Shown here piece after piece: positions 18,776 to 28,472 of a stretch of 64,000 nucleotides of DNA (positions are counted from its first letter, which is position 1; each line of letters opens with the position of its first letter). The translations under genes and the position numbers were made by a program. The stretch comes from Escherichia phage nepoznato: sequence record NC_052658.1; one strand, given 5' to 3'. The notes beneath the pieces were generated by a model. The model saw only the letters and a program-made list of their open reading frames with translations. It was not told where the DNA came from and made no database searches.

Positions 18776-18840
18776 TTGACTTTTTCAAAAAAATATGGTA
18801 CCCTAAACATATGTTTACGAGCGATAGCGAGTAGTAGATT
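18776..18840 (+). promoter_or_regulatory. conserved promoter-like element, copy A (TTGACT, 17 bp, TGnTACCCT, then CGAGCGATAGCGAGTA box)
   Basis: About 60-bp near-identical copy at 49918; extended -10 with GC-rich discriminator. Confidence 0.4.
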
Positions 18841-18934
18841 TCTATATAATAATGTTTCATGTTACTCACGATAGTGAGGTATGAAACGTAAGTGAAGGTA
18901 GATAAACTATGATCATCTATCTACCATCTATTAA

Positions 18935-19144
18935 TCAGTATAGATCTAATGTTAGACTAACAGTTATCCAACAAACAATAACAGTCCATATAACAAGTAA
19001 TGATCTACAAAATACATCCCATTCAAATACATTGTATGTTAACCATTCTCCCATCACAACAGAAGAACCTAACCAACATCCAACAATAACTATAATCCAA
19101 TAAAAGAATCCTACAGTGGAGTATATAGCAAAAGCTTTTAACAT
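18935..19144 (-). CDS. small hydrophobic membrane protein
   Basis: 69 aa, W/I/V-rich predicted TM segments; strong RBS GGAGGAAAG. Confidence 0.45.
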   Translation of the reverse strand: MLKAFAIYSTVGFFYWIIVIVGCWLGSSVVMGEWLTYNVFEWDVFCRSLLVIWTVIVCWITVSLTLDLY

Positions 19145-19557
19145 CTTTCCTCCAGAAGTTGTTCAACAGTTTGACGAGTATGATTGTCCCAGTAAACCTT
19201 AGTGAAGTCAAGAGTTCCTTGTTCGTTTCTCTTAGTTTCGAAGAAGTATCCGCCTTCTCTTTCTACTCTGTCTCTAATGTGCTCTATGAGGTGCTTTTTA
19301 CAAGATGCTGATAAACAGTAGTCATACTCCCCACGAAGTAACGCTATAGCTGCAAGTCTGTTATCACCAACTTGAGATATTGTCCAAGAAAGCATACTAC
19401 CTTCTATACCTAAAGGTGTTTGTCGGATTGAATATCCACCATACCGACTGATAGAAATTATGGAGAGTGGTTCTCCTGTTAGAGATCTTCCTAATGCACC
19501 TTCTGTTGGACTTCCTTCAATAATACGTTTGAAAAAAGCTTTGATCTTACCTAACAT
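19138..19557 (-). CDS. hypothetical protein
   Basis: 139-aa ORF. Confidence 0.5.
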   Translation of the reverse strand: MLGKIKAFFKRIIEGSPTEGALGRSLTGEPLSIISISRYGGYSIRQTPLGIEGSMLSWTISQVGDNRLAAIALLRGEYDYCLSASCKKHLIEHIRDRVEREGGYFFETKRNEQGTLDFTKVYWDNHTRQTVEQLLEERC

Positions 19558-19701
19558 AAGTCCCCCTTAAAAACTTACTTGTTTAAAGTATCTCTTACTT
19601 GTTCTGCTTGACGTTTAGTAATAAAAGTTCCAACAGAAACATTAAACTCATTGACTACAGAGAACGATCCATCACGATTCTCACGAATATTAAACAACTT
19701 C

Positions 19702-19905
19702 TTACTCATTACTACCTCCTTCAATGCTTTGTGCCGTACCGTCCCAAGACATTAGAATGTTTGCCAATAGTTCACGAGGCTCTTTAAACCAAACTTCCAT
19801 CTCATCTAGAATCTCGTCCGTGTCGTAAGTATAACCTGGAACACCAAGTTCACATTTCTTAAGGTAGCTTTCTAACCAACGGTGATAATTCTTAACCCCA
19901 TTCAT
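19702..19905 (-). CDS. hypothetical protein
   Basis: 67-aa ORF. Confidence 0.45.
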   Translation of the reverse strand: MNGVKNYHRWLESYLKKCELGVPGYTYDTDEILDEMEVWFKEPRELLANILMSWDGTAQSIEGGSNE

Positions 19906-20278
19906 ACTGTGCTACCTTTTCTTTTACCCAATTTACACGATCTTTGTCATAATGTTGAGTGCCAATGAAAAGAGCATTGTGGAAGCTTTCAGCACCGAAA
20001 GGGTAGATTGGATCTAAACCATCTTCTTCAAATAACATTTTTAGTCTCTTTGATGTAGATTTCTTAGTTTCTGAATCGTAGCTTGTGGTTATAAGCCAAT
20101 CTTCCAAACAACGACATAACCCTTGACGAGAATCCCAAGGAAAAACACAATCTCCGACAGGAGCTTGTTCAGCCCATTTCAACCAGCCTTTAAAAAAGTT
20201 ATACAATATGTAGTCTTCAGTGTAATACATTAGCGCCTCCTTTACGTATACAATAACACCCCGCAGAACGGGGTGCAA
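19892..20278 (-). CDS. hypothetical protein, member of GLC.CL/YPF paralog family
   Basis: Shares W..W......GLCRCLEDWL ... YPFG pattern with 21170, 24605, 28158, 31243. Confidence 0.5.
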   Translation of the reverse strand: MHPVLRGVIVYVKEALMYYTEDYILYNFFKGWLKWAEQAPVGDCVFPWDSRQGLCRCLEDWLITTSYDSETKKSTSKRLKMLFEEDGLDPIYPFGAESFHNALFIGTQHYDKDRVNWVKEKVAQYEWG

Positions 20279-20281
20279 CTA

Positions 20282-20893
20282 TTATTTAATCTGTTTAAAA
20301 ATTTCGTTTGGAACGGTACCGTTTAAAATACCTTCTACGATCTCTTGTGCAGATGTGTAAGAGAGTCCAAAAGAAGCTACGCCTAAAATTGCCTCCTTCA
20401 AAGGATCTGGCAGGGGTTCAAAATTACCTGCAACAAAGCCACCTGCACAAGCAGCGCCTTCATCATCCCAGAAAACAACTGCTACATCGTTACCATGCGA
20501 AGTTGTGCGATGTGCAATAACTTCAACTTCTGTTCCTTCTTTAGGAACAGAATAAGAACTGTCCCAAGAATATCTTTCCAAATCAGGAACAAAGATAACC
20601 TTTTCACCTACTGGCGGCAGTTCACAACGATAATACCAAGAATTTTTTTCGTTCATTGTTTTATTTTCCTCCACGTCTTCAAAAGTAACGATCCAATCGT
20701 AGCCGTAAGAAAACGGATATTTTAGATCTAAAGAATAAGTTTGACCTAGATCGTCCTCAACAAGAACCATCCTGTCAAAGTTTGCGATGTTAGGATTATG
20801 TTTAATGACAGGGTATGTTTCCCCTACAGTAAATTGTCCCAAATGGTAAAGTTCATCTCTCCAAGTAATTTGGATATGAGTGCATTGAATCAT
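20282..20893 (-). CDS. hypothetical protein
   Basis: 203-aa ORF. Confidence 0.55.
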   Translation of the reverse strand: MIQCTHIQITWRDELYHLGQFTVGETYPVIKHNPNIANFDRMVLVEDDLGQTYSLDLKYPFSYGYDWIVTFEDVEENKTMNEKNSWYYRCELPPVGEKVIFVPDLERYSWDSSYSVPKEGTEVEVIAHRTTSHGNDVAVVFWDDEGAACAGGFVAGNFEPLPDPLKEAILGVASFGLSYTSAQEIVEGILNGTVPNEIFKQIK

Positions 20894-20897
20894 AAAA

Positions 20898-21170
20898 TCA
20901 CCCCCAAGAAATATTTATATATCTTACAATGTTTGCACTGTCTAAAGCCATGTTTGCACCACACCCACGCTCGCGCCAATAACTAACAATACCTTCACAG
21001 ATACTCTCTTGTATCTTCTTATCACTTGGCATTTCTAGTATAAGACTTGGGTTGTGGATGTTTATGTTATAATATCCTTCCTCTGCGGCTTGAGCTACCA
21101 ATTTACTTACTTTTTCAAAGTACGGGGAATTAGTGGCATCTGCCATTGCTTTTAAGGTTTGTCTATCCAT
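20898..21170 (-). CDS. hypothetical protein
   Basis: 90-aa ORF. Confidence 0.5.
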   Translation of the reverse strand: MDRQTLKAMADATNSPYFEKVSKLVAQAAEEGYYNINIHNPSLILEMPSDKKIQESICEGIVSYWRERGCGANMALDSANIVRYINISWG

Positions 21171-21568
21171 TATTCTGCCTCATCATAGAAGAAATCCAAC
21201 TCTTGTTCCAGTTGTTTAACTCGCTCCTTAACCCACTGTACACGTTTTTCATTAAACATGCAACGTTTTTCCTTACACTCTTGCTCAAAAGATTTTGCTG
21301 TGTTAAACGGGAAAGTTGTATCTAAACCAGCATTTTCAAAACTGGCTAATTGCATACCATAAACAGAATATGCTAAAGAATGATCGGCTCGAAATTCATC
21401 ACTTATATACATACGTAGACCTCGGCATAAGCCAACATCAGCGTAACCACTTTCTCGTGGAAAGAGACGGAGGTGTTCTAACCAATTATTATAGAAATCT
21501 AAAAGAATCCTCTTACACTTCAAATCAATTGTCATAAAAAGTTTCTCCTTCATCGAACAAGTTGGCAA
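21170..21568 (-). CDS. hypothetical protein, GLC.CL/FPFN paralog family
   Basis: FYNNWLEHL..GLCRGL...FPFN pattern. Confidence 0.5.
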   Translation of the reverse strand: MPTCSMKEKLFMTIDLKCKRILLDFYNNWLEHLRLFPRESGYADVGLCRGLRMYISDEFRADHSLAYSVYGMQLASFENAGLDTTFPFNTAKSFEQECKEKRCMFNEKRVQWVKERVKQLEQELDFFYDEAE

Positions 21569-21935
21569 GATTGTTCACCGCAATTTGGGTGGAAAGAAGA
21601 CAACTGTTTGCAGACACATAAGCACGGGCTATTTTGTAAACATAAACTTTCGTATTGCAATCTTCTAAAATCGGAAGACTTTCATCGATAGCATCTATAA
21701 CACTAAACATCACATCTAAAACTTTAATTGTAAGTATTGTATCTATATCTTCGTAACCTTTTTCAATCCGACCTGAATAGAAAGTATAGTCCTCAACAGT
21801 TCGTCGTTTAAATTGGCGCATAAAATCAGAACCATCTGTAGCAGAATTGAACAAATTTTCAAAAAATACCTCCCATCCGGCAAAAAGGGCTGACAGCATG
21901 ATTAAGTGATCTACAGATTCATTTTCTTGTTTCAT
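21525..21935 (-). CDS. hypothetical protein
   Basis: 136-aa ORF. Confidence 0.5.
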   Translation of the reverse strand: MKQENESVDHLIMLSALFAGWEVFFENLFNSATDGSDFMRQFKRRTVEDYTFYSGRIEKGYEDIDTILTIKVLDVMFSVIDAIDESLPILEDCNTKVYVYKIARAYVSANSCLLSTQIAVNNLANLFDEGETFYDN

Positions 21936-21943
21936 ATCCTCTC

Positions 21944-22621
21944 CTATTTAATGTTCAATCTAGCACACAAGCGAGAAACAGTTTTAGCATCCCACTTACC
22001 ACCACGTGCTGTTGCGATTTTCTTACTATTGAATTTTTCAGCAATAGTTTTGTAAGGTGTATTTAAATCTCTAAGGATTTCTAAGCGTTCACGGAATGTC
22101 TCTGCAAAAGCATCTGCTTTAACAGAATTGTATTCCATTTTTCCTTTTCTACGTGCAGCGGCAGTTTTAGGATTAGCACTGCCTAATAAAACACCTTTGC
22201 TTTTTGCTACAGCAAGACCCTTTTTAATACGATCAGCAATACCTCTGACTTCTTGTTCAGCCAAAACAGACAGAAGCTGTATAACCATTTTATCTGCGTC
22301 TGGCATGATGGCTATCTTAACATCGATCATTTCTAGAAGAGTTGCTACGGAGGCGTTGTTACGACCCAAGCGGTCAACTTTAGCTACCAATAAAGTTGCT
22401 CCGGTAGCTTTACACATTTCAACCGCTTTAACCAGTTCCTTACGTTGCTTCCAATCGCCCTTACCAGAATAGTATTCAGAAAATTGACCAATAACTTCAG
22501 CATCAGGCACAGAGTCTAAGAAGTAACGGATATCGTTCTCTTGGCTCTCCATACCATATTGTGCCTCACCTTTTTTCTGTTTAGAAAGACGACTGTAAAC
22601 AACAAACTTTTTCATAACCAC
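21944..22621 (-). CDS. small serine recombinase (resolvase/invertase family)
   Basis: N-terminal VVYSRLS catalytic-Ser region, VAKVDRLGRN, C-terminal HTH-like tail; about 225 aa. Confidence 0.8.
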   Translation of the reverse strand: MVMKKFVVYSRLSKQKKGEAQYGMESQENDIRYFLDSVPDAEVIGQFSEYYSGKGDWKQRKELVKAVEMCKATGATLLVAKVDRLGRNNASVATLLEMIDVKIAIMPDADKMVIQLLSVLAEQEVRGIADRIKKGLAVAKSKGVLLGSANPKTAAARRKGKMEYNSVKADAFAETFRERLEILRDLNTPYKTIAEKFNSKKIATARGGKWDAKTVSRLCARLNIK

Positions 22622-22685
22622 TCCTAAACCATTGCTGTATTCTCACTTTACAAAACGAATAAACACTTGTCAAGGTATTTATTAT

Positions 22686-22898
22686 TTACAGCCATTCTAC
22701 TTTTAAGCAGTATTCTTCGACATGTTGTTTACGCTTGTTTTTGTCTATGTAAGTGTATTCAACAAATGTCCCAAGATAATCCTTGTCCACATTGTGTTGG
22801 CTATTAATTGGACATTTAGTACGACAAACCCGTTGCCACTGACGAAGAATTACGGCTTTGTTTTTAGGATCAAAGGGATGAGGGTAATGTGCCTTCAT
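22686..22898 (-). CDS. hypothetical protein
   Basis: 70-aa ORF. Confidence 0.45.
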   Translation of the reverse strand: MKAHYPHPFDPKNKAVILRQWQRVCRTKCPINSQHNVDKDYLGTFVEYTYIDKNKRKQHVEEYCLKVEWL

Positions 22899-23222
22899 TC
22901 ACGCCTCCTGTTTTAGTCGAAAAATATTTTGAATAACGAGAGATGTATAGTTATCACTTAGTCCCATAAGTTCTACTTCCAAGTTTCGAATATCTTCCAC
23001 CGTAGGAGGATATGTTGGTAAAAATGCTTGAGCATTACCAGATCCAACCTCATTGCTGTAAGCAGTTGTAAAATTGTAAGATACAAAACATGAAACACCT
23101 TTTTGTCGGTACCCGATTAATCGACGAATACACCAGATAAGAGCCAAACCTATGAGAACACCTCCTAAACCAGCTAACAAGAAGGATAAGTTCATAATAG
23201 CTTCGTTAACAACTGCTTGCAT
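22899..23222 (-). CDS. membrane protein (single TM)
   Basis: Hydrophobic stretch LSFLLAGLGGVLIGLALIW. Confidence 0.5.
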   Translation of the reverse strand: MQAVVNEAIMNLSFLLAGLGGVLIGLALIWCIRRLIGYRQKGVSCFVSYNFTTAYSNEVGSGNAQAFLPTYPPTVEDIRNLEVELMGLSDNYTSLVIQNIFRLKQEA

Positions 23223-23232
23223 TCTTTTCTCC

Positions 23233-23580
23233 TTAGTTGTGTAAACCCAAATGTGCTACAACTTCTCTACGATAAGATAACTGCATAGCGATTTTATAGC
23301 CAGGATGAAAACCATTTACATCAATGTCATCAAACCAAACCTCAAATGAACCGTGTTTAAGAGTCATTAAGTTAATATACCATTCAATAGTATAATGATC
23401 GTTAGCAATACCTTCGATGTAAAATTCTCGACAACAGTGAGATAAATCTTCACTTGTTTCACGTTTCCAGTCTTTGATAGCACCCTTCTCTTTGGCTTTA
23501 TTCAGAATGTGGATCAGGTCTTCAACTTGCATATTCTCTCCTTTAGTTCCAACTAATAATAATGTGTTTGATAATCCCAA
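23233..23580 (-). CDS. hypothetical protein
   Basis: 115-aa ORF. Confidence 0.5.
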   Translation of the reverse strand: MGLSNTLLLVGTKGENMQVEDLIHILNKAKEKGAIKDWKRETSEDLSHCCREFYIEGIANDHYTIEWYINLMTLKHGSFEVWFDDIDVNGFHPGYKIAMQLSYRREVVAHLGLHN

Positions 23581-24097
23581 AAATACTGTGCTCTGCGGTT
23601 GCCAATGTTACATCCAAACCTTTTGCACGTAGCATTGTAGCTACAACATTTGCCCCTCTTTTCTGTTCACTTATCTGTTCATAAGAAGAAGGGTTATTGC
23701 ACAAACCAAAACTGGAAGGTTCAAAGTATTTTTCAAACTTCCCTTGTTCCGCACAATCTTCAATCTCTAATAGAACGGCGTCTACCATTTCAGTAAAATG
23801 GGAATTTGCTTGCAGTGCTTTATTACGCAGTTTATCACGTAAACTTCCCGTAGATTCTTCCTGCTCTTCTGTCTGTCCATCTTCACAGAAAGGATGAAGT
23901 TCAGCCCAGTCCCAAGCATCTCCTTCTAAAGCAAATAGAGTGTTGTAATTGAAGAAAGTGCAGCGCGGATATTCCCCGTTGAAAGAATCTTTCAGCAGAA
24001 TATATTTCTTACCGTTTGCATGGAAGAGTTCTCCTTTGATAACCTTACCTACAAGGATATCACTGTTAGTGGAACGGGTGCAAATAAACTTTTTCAT
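23543..24097 (-). CDS. hypothetical protein
   Basis: 184-aa ORF. Confidence 0.5.
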   Translation of the reverse strand: MKKFICTRSTNSDILVGKVIKGELFHANGKKYILLKDSFNGEYPRCTFFNYNTLFALEGDAWDWAELHPFCEDGQTEEQEESTGSLRDKLRNKALQANSHFTEMVDAVLLEIEDCAEQGKFEKYFEPSSFGLCNNPSSYEQISEQKRGANVVATMLRAKGLDVTLATAEHSIFGIIKHIIISWN

Positions 24098-24159
24098 GAT
24101 TTTCTCCTCTTTGTTTCGATGAGATGATTATGACAAAGACAGATCCTTCTGTCAACTAT

Positions 24160-24381
24160 TTATTTCCATTCCCCTTGGTGTTCTTTGATCTCATAAGAGT
24201 AGTATTCGAACATGCTCATACAAACCACACCAGACATTTCTAAACAAAGAGGTTTACTATTATAAAAGGCACTTATCATTCTTCCAGCTTTATCTGCTGA
24301 CTCTTTAGTATCACATCCACAAACTGTTCTCACCCAAGGATCAGGGCCATCATATTTAAGACGCACAATCCACATGATCAT
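24160..24381 (-). CDS. hypothetical protein
   Basis: 73-aa ORF. Confidence 0.45.
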   Translation of the reverse strand: MIMWIVRLKYDGPDPWVRTVCGCDTKESADKAGRMISAFYNSKPLCLEMSGVVCMSMFEYYSYEIKEHQGEWK

Positions 24382-24605
24382 TCTTCCATCTCAAACCATT
24401 CAGGGAACACTTTGCGGAAGACCCGCGTGTTTTCTAAGAGAAATTCCAACTCTTTTTCCAAATCTGCGTTCCAACCGTTTATTTTAACACGGATTGCCAA
24501 TGCACTTGCACGGCGACTCAATTCTTGACAGATTGGATCACGCAGAACTATTGAGTCATAAAACTGACAAACAGCCTCAAGTTCATACCAGTTATAATCC
24601 GACAT
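24378..24605 (-). CDS. hypothetical protein
   Basis: 75-aa ORF. Confidence 0.45.
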   Translation of the reverse strand: MSDYNWYELEAVCQFYDSIVLRDPICQELSRRASALAIRVKINGWNADLEKELEFLLENTRVFRKVFPEWFEMEE

Positions 24606-24931
24606 TATTCATCCTCCTCTGCAATACGATCTCTTACCCAATTAATCCTGTCCACGTTCAGGTGACATACCTCTGCATCTGATTCTAAGACATATGCATC
24701 GTAGTTCTCATTGAAAGGGAGTGCTTGACTCAACCCTTTGTGGTAAAACTGTGCGTGCATTTCATCTGACAAGGTTGTTATAAGGGGATTGTAATTACCT
24801 CTGTGCACATAATCGAACAAGTTGGCACACAAACCACAATCCCGCCGAAAAGGTTTACCATCAGGAGCACCAACATCAATCCATGCTAGATAAATTTTAT
24901 AAAACTCCATCAACCTTGTGCTTGTTTTCAT
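24605..24931 (-). CDS. hypothetical protein, GLC.NL/LPFN paralog family
   Basis: FYKIYLAWI..GAPDGKPF..DCGLCANLFDYV ... LPFN. Confidence 0.5.
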   Translation of the reverse strand: MKTSTRLMEFYKIYLAWIDVGAPDGKPFRRDCGLCANLFDYVHRGNYNPLITTLSDEMHAQFYHKGLSQALPFNENYDAYVLESDAEVCHLNVDRINWVRDRIAEEDE

Positions 24932-25169
24932 TTAGCCACCTCGTTAGTTTTTCTTGCTCTTTGTTTGCGCGTTCTAAGCTTCTGAACTTTAAACAGAGGG
25001 AACGAGAATCCCTACCCATGCACAAGCTTTCATCTAAGCTGTGCTCCCCAACCAACCAAAGAGAGTATGTTTGAACATCTAACCCATAGTTTCTGTCTTT
25101 CCATAATCTCACCCCAAGAACATCAAAAGGAGCTTCCGCGACTAAAGAAAGAAACCGATCTTTATTCAT
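24897..25169 (-). CDS. hypothetical protein
   Basis: 90-aa ORF. Confidence 0.45.
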   Translation of the reverse strand: MNKDRFLSLVAEAPFDVLGVRLWKDRNYGLDVQTYSLWLVGEHSLDESLCMGRDSRSLCLKFRSLERANKEQEKLTRWLNENKHKVDGVL

Positions 25170-25231
25170 ATTACACCACCTTGCTCACGTTGATAATGTA
25201 TGTATACCATACATAAAATAAATGTCAAGGC

Positions 25232-25432
25232 TTATCGACACAGATAGTTGTAACGATCTGCTTTATCCTCGGCTTCAGCAAAGTCAGCAATCAAGGAAGT
25301 TTTGAGTTCTTCCAACTCTTTCACCCAAGAGTCGTAATCGTTCTGTGTTTCTCCAATAGTTTGGAGAAAACAATCGTCGTAGCCAATAGACATGGCTAAC
25401 TCGATAATACGTTCCAGTTTTTCTTCCATCAC
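25232..25432 (-). CDS. hypothetical protein
   Basis: 66-aa ORF. Confidence 0.45.
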   Translation of the reverse strand: MMEEKLERIIELAMSIGYDDCFLQTIGETQNDYDSWVKELEELKTSLIADFAEAEDKADRYNYLCR

Positions 25433-25791
25433 TTCTCTCCTTCTACAGACTTCTGTTTAACATAAAAGTAAGCACCACGAGCAAGATACAAATCATGTTC
25501 AATATCGCTCACAGGAAAACCATCTGGATTTTTAAAACCGTCTTCTACAGCCAAAATGAGAGATCGTAAACTGATAGCTAACAACTCCATTTGATCTTGT
25601 AGTTTTCTATTTTCTGCATAAAGGTTTTTGCATTTTTGTTCTGCATTTTTCCATTGTTCTAATGCATGATCATAGTTTCGCATAAGGATAGCTTTTTCTT
25701 GTTCACGTTTAAAAGTTTCTTCACAAATGAAACCCGTGCCTAAACCAGTTTCTTCATCTTTGACAAACACTTCAACAAAATCTTTAGACAT
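25429..25791 (-). CDS. hypothetical coiled-coil protein
   Basis: Track ORF 25429-25923; start moved to internal ATG preceded by AGGAGA, removing overlap. Confidence 0.45.
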   Translation of the reverse strand: MSKDFVEVFVKDEETGLGTGFICEETFKREQEKAILMRNYDHALEQWKNAEQKCKNLYAENRKLQDQMELLAISLRSLILAVEDGFKNPDGFPVSDIEHDLYLARGAYFYVKQKSVEGEK

Positions 25792-25792
25792 A

Positions 25793-26056
25793 TTATCTCC
25801 TATTTGCTTTTGGATACTCCCAACCCTCTGGGAGATCTTCTTTACACATCCACTCAAAAGGCCAGCGACAATAACTGTGCCACTTTCCATCGAGATACAA
25901 GCAATCTTCATCCACTGGTCCACAAGGGTTGATAACTACAACACACCCTTTTGCTCGCCAATATTGAACTATTTCAGGGTAAAAACAAGAAACGTCGGTC
26001 CACTCCCAAATACGTTCATCATTCAAACGGTATGCTGCTGGCAATGTCTCTTTCAT
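25793..26056 (-). CDS. hypothetical Trp/Cys-rich protein
   Basis: 87-aa ORF. Confidence 0.45.
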   Translation of the reverse strand: MKETLPAAYRLNDERIWEWTDVSCFYPEIVQYWRAKGCVVVINPCGPVDEDCLYLDGKWHSYCRWPFEWMCKEDLPEGWEYPKANRR

Positions 26057-26060
26057 ATTA

Positions 26061-26507
26061 TTAAACCTCTGTCAAAGAGAAACGCCAATCCTTACTACTA
26101 CCTACACCAAGGAAGATATAGTCTCCGGTACTAACGGAATATCTCCAAGCGGGAATCCAATCAGGAATCTCTGGCTTATGGCTGTAGCCATAACGCTCGC
26201 CACTCGAATCTGTTGCAATATAATTAACAAATTCAGGAACCTCTAAAGTTTCACCTTGATACTCTACACGCTTGAAGCCATCTTCCACTTCTTTCTCACC
26301 TTCTACCAGAAGGGCAAGAAGTTTGATGTGAGGGCAAGTGAAATCTTGTCCTGGATAACGTGAACGGATATCTGTTAACAATGCGACTACAGCATCCGAT
26401 AACTCTTTATAATCCTCATATCTTACAAATGTACCTTCTGTCGGATCATCAGGACACAAACGCCAAACATCGTTGCAGTTTACAGCATAATGTCTCATTT
26501 TAGTCAT
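26061..26507 (-). CDS. hypothetical protein
   Basis: 148-aa ORF. Confidence 0.5.
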   Translation of the reverse strand: MTKMRHYAVNCNDVWRLCPDDPTEGTFVRYEDYKELSDAVVALLTDIRSRYPGQDFTCPHIKLLALLVEGEKEVEDGFKRVEYQGETLEVPEFVNYIATDSSGERYGYSHKPEIPDWIPAWRYSVSTGDYIFLGVGSSKDWRFSLTEV

Positions 26508-26579
26508 AAATACCTCTATTCATATATTAAGAAACCCAAAATAATAACCAGAACAATGAAAATGATAGTCTCTATCATA

Positions 26580-26828
26580 TTACCAAGCTGCCACTACCCC
26601 AGTGCGTAGGGTTTCTTCATACCCCCAAATATCTGCACTAAGAGCAACAGCAGTCCATTCTGGGGACCAAGTAAAACCCAACAGATCTGTCATCTTTTCA
26701 GCATCTTTTTTAATGCTTTCTTCATCAGAGAAAACACGGTAAAGATCTTCCAACTCTTTTGTAATCTCTGCACGTTCTTCTTCGGTAATCGGTGTTCCTA
26801 CACGATCAGTAGTAAAAACATTCAGCAT
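26580..26828 (-). CDS. hypothetical protein
   Basis: 82-aa ORF. Confidence 0.45.
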   Translation of the reverse strand: MLNVFTTDRVGTPITEEERAEITKELEDLYRVFSDEESIKKDAEKMTDLLGFTWSPEWTAVALSADIWGYEETLRTGVVAAW

Positions 26829-26837
26829 AATATCCCC

Positions 26838-27236
26838 TTATCGTTGCGTACAATCAGCTTCTAGAGTAAGAACATTCGTTATTGTTTTATCATTTTTTAG
26901 AAATGCAAACCAAGCCAAAGTGTCTCGATACTCTGTGCGCATCATCACAACTTCGGTAGTGCCAATAAACTGCTGTGAACCGTACATAGAACTTCCATCT
27001 TTACTCTTTCCTCCTGTGTTTTGAAGAATACCGCTCATCAAAGCACCACCCGAATTTTTAAGGATAAAAGAGTTATCTTTATTAATGACAACAGAAGCCA
27101 TTTTCTTAGGACCAGAAATCACTTCACCTTTCAGATTTTTAACAACTACATCTGATACACACTCATAAACTTGAGACGCATTTGCTGTTCCAAGAGATGC
27201 AATGAGTAACAATAAACCTACGATAATCTTTTTCAT
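26838..27236 (-). CDS. secreted or lipoprotein-like protein
   Basis: N-terminal signal peptide MKKIIVGLLLLIASLGTANA. Confidence 0.55.
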   Translation of the reverse strand: MKKIIVGLLLLIASLGTANASQVYECVSDVVVKNLKGEVISGPKKMASVVINKDNSFILKNSGGALMSGILQNTGGKSKDGSSMYGSQQFIGTTEVVMMRTEYRDTLAWFAFLKNDKTITNVLTLEADCTQR

Positions 27237-27331
27237 ATAAACTCTCCTCTTTGTTTACCCGATGCGCCCCTGTTGGGCGGAAAGGGTTGTACGCAAAATT
27301 TTTAGCTCCAATCGTCGGGTGTCCCGACTCC

Positions 27332-27538
27332 TTACGCTTTTAATGTTTTAACAGAATGACAAGCTTTGCAAACCATAACCGGAACAAGTTCGTCTCCACT
27401 ATCCGCATAAATCACTGTTTTCTTCATTCTGCCACCACATGAACAATACTCTGTATGATCCGCTGGAATATTAAATATTCCGTAATCACTTTCATACTGT
27501 TTCTTACATATGGACACTGCTTTTGTAAAACAAGACAT
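27332..27538 (-). CDS. small zinc-ribbon-like protein
   Basis: 68 aa with CSCGG and CKACH. Confidence 0.45.
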   Translation of the reverse strand: MSCFTKAVSICKKQYESDYGIFNIPADHTEYCSCGGRMKKTVIYADSGDELVPVMVCKACHSVKTLKA

Positions 27539-27540
27539 AC

Positions 27541-27762
27541 CTACTCCGAAAGAACATTCACTTCGTCAGAGAAAAATACGTAATCACAACCTTCCCAAAC
27601 ATCTTCTTCAAACCACTCCCATCCCTCAACTTTGGACATTTCTTCTATCGTAACAAAGAATGTTGTCATATCATCACTAACAAGATGTGCTTCAACAACA
27701 AAAGGAATCTGAACATTCTCAAAACCAACATAACCCAATACATCACAAACTCTAATTTTCAT
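27541..27762 (-). CDS. hypothetical protein (paralog of 30752-30982)
   Basis: Shared W.W.E....G.DYVFF C-terminal pattern. Confidence 0.45.
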   Translation of the reverse strand: MKIRVCDVLGYVGFENVQIPFVVEAHLVSDDMTTFFVTIEEMSKVEGWEWFEEDVWEGCDYVFFSDEVNVLSE

Positions 27763-27763
27763 A

Positions 27764-27964
27764 TTATGCTCCTTTGTAGATTATGTTGGTGCGTTCACAC
27801 TCTGCCACCAGCAAGCGATTAGCAATGTTGTCCATAGGAACATCAATCTCTACGCTCCAGGCATTGATATACACTTCTTCAATCTTTGCTCCAAGCATTT
27901 GTGCGATCAGAGCAACAGCCCCAGCATATTCAAGTTTAATCTCAATTACCATTTTGCACCTCAA
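27764..27964 (-). CDS. hypothetical protein
   Basis: 66-aa ORF. Confidence 0.4.
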   Translation of the reverse strand: MRCKMVIEIKLEYAGAVALIAQMLGAKIEEVYINAWSVEIDVPMDNIANRLLVAECERTNIIYKGA

Positions 27965-27966
27965 GG

Positions 27967-28167
27967 TTATTTATCTTGCTTATATCTTACAAGGCGATCA
28001 CACTCCAGGTCAAGAAATTTCTCCGCATTTCGTTCATGTTTGAGCACAATACATTGTTCTTTCAAGTCTGTAGCTCTTTGCTGCGCGGCTCCTGGGTCAA
28101 AATCCCAAAGCCATGCGGCGAAAAGAACAACCATAACAATTGCCAAGAAAACAAACACTATAGGCAT
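27967..28167 (-). CDS. small membrane protein
   Basis: Track ORF 27967-28203; start moved to ATG after AGGAGG; hydrophobic IVFVFLAIVMVVLFAAWLW. Confidence 0.4.
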   Translation of the reverse strand: MPIVFVFLAIVMVVLFAAWLWDFDPGAAQQRATDLKEQCIVLKHERNAEKFLDLECDRLVRYKQDK

Positions 28168-28472
28168 TGCACATCCTCCTGTGTAGCATGATCTTTTACC
28201 CATTTTATACGGGCAGCATTCAAATGCAATAGCCCGTTTCTTTGTGCAAAATCATATTTAAACCAGTCTCCGTCATCAAACGGGTATTCTTCAGACAACC
28301 CTGCTTCTCGAAATTGCATTTGCATTTCATAATTTAGGTCATCATAACCACCAGACCAAAGATAGAGGCAACTACATAATCCTTTATCATGCCAGAAAGG
28401 ATTATTATCTGGAGCACCAGCTAATAGCCAGTTATGATATGCCTGATAAAATTCTTTAAGTTCCTCTGACAT
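28158..28472 (-). CDS. hypothetical protein, GLC.CL/YPF paralog family
   Basis: FYQAYHNWLLAGAPDNNPF..DKGLCSCLYLW ... YPFD. Confidence 0.5.
   Translation of the reverse strand: MSEELKEFYQAYHNWLLAGAPDNNPFWHDKGLCSCLYLWSGGYDDLNYEMQMQFREAGLSEEYPFDDGDWFKYDFAQRNGLLHLNAARIKWVKDHATQEDVQCL

Noticed and set aside
18909-19103. Plus-strand track ORF downstream of promoter-like element copy A
   Set aside because: Low-complexity translation; the opposite strand encodes a membrane protein with a strong RBS (18935-19144), which is the better call.
21944-22621. Serine recombinase as evidence that the window is an integrated prophage or transposon
   Set aside because: No host-like genes, att-like direct repeats or transposon ends are visible; the whole window is phage-like, so the recombinase is treated as a phage gene of unknown role.
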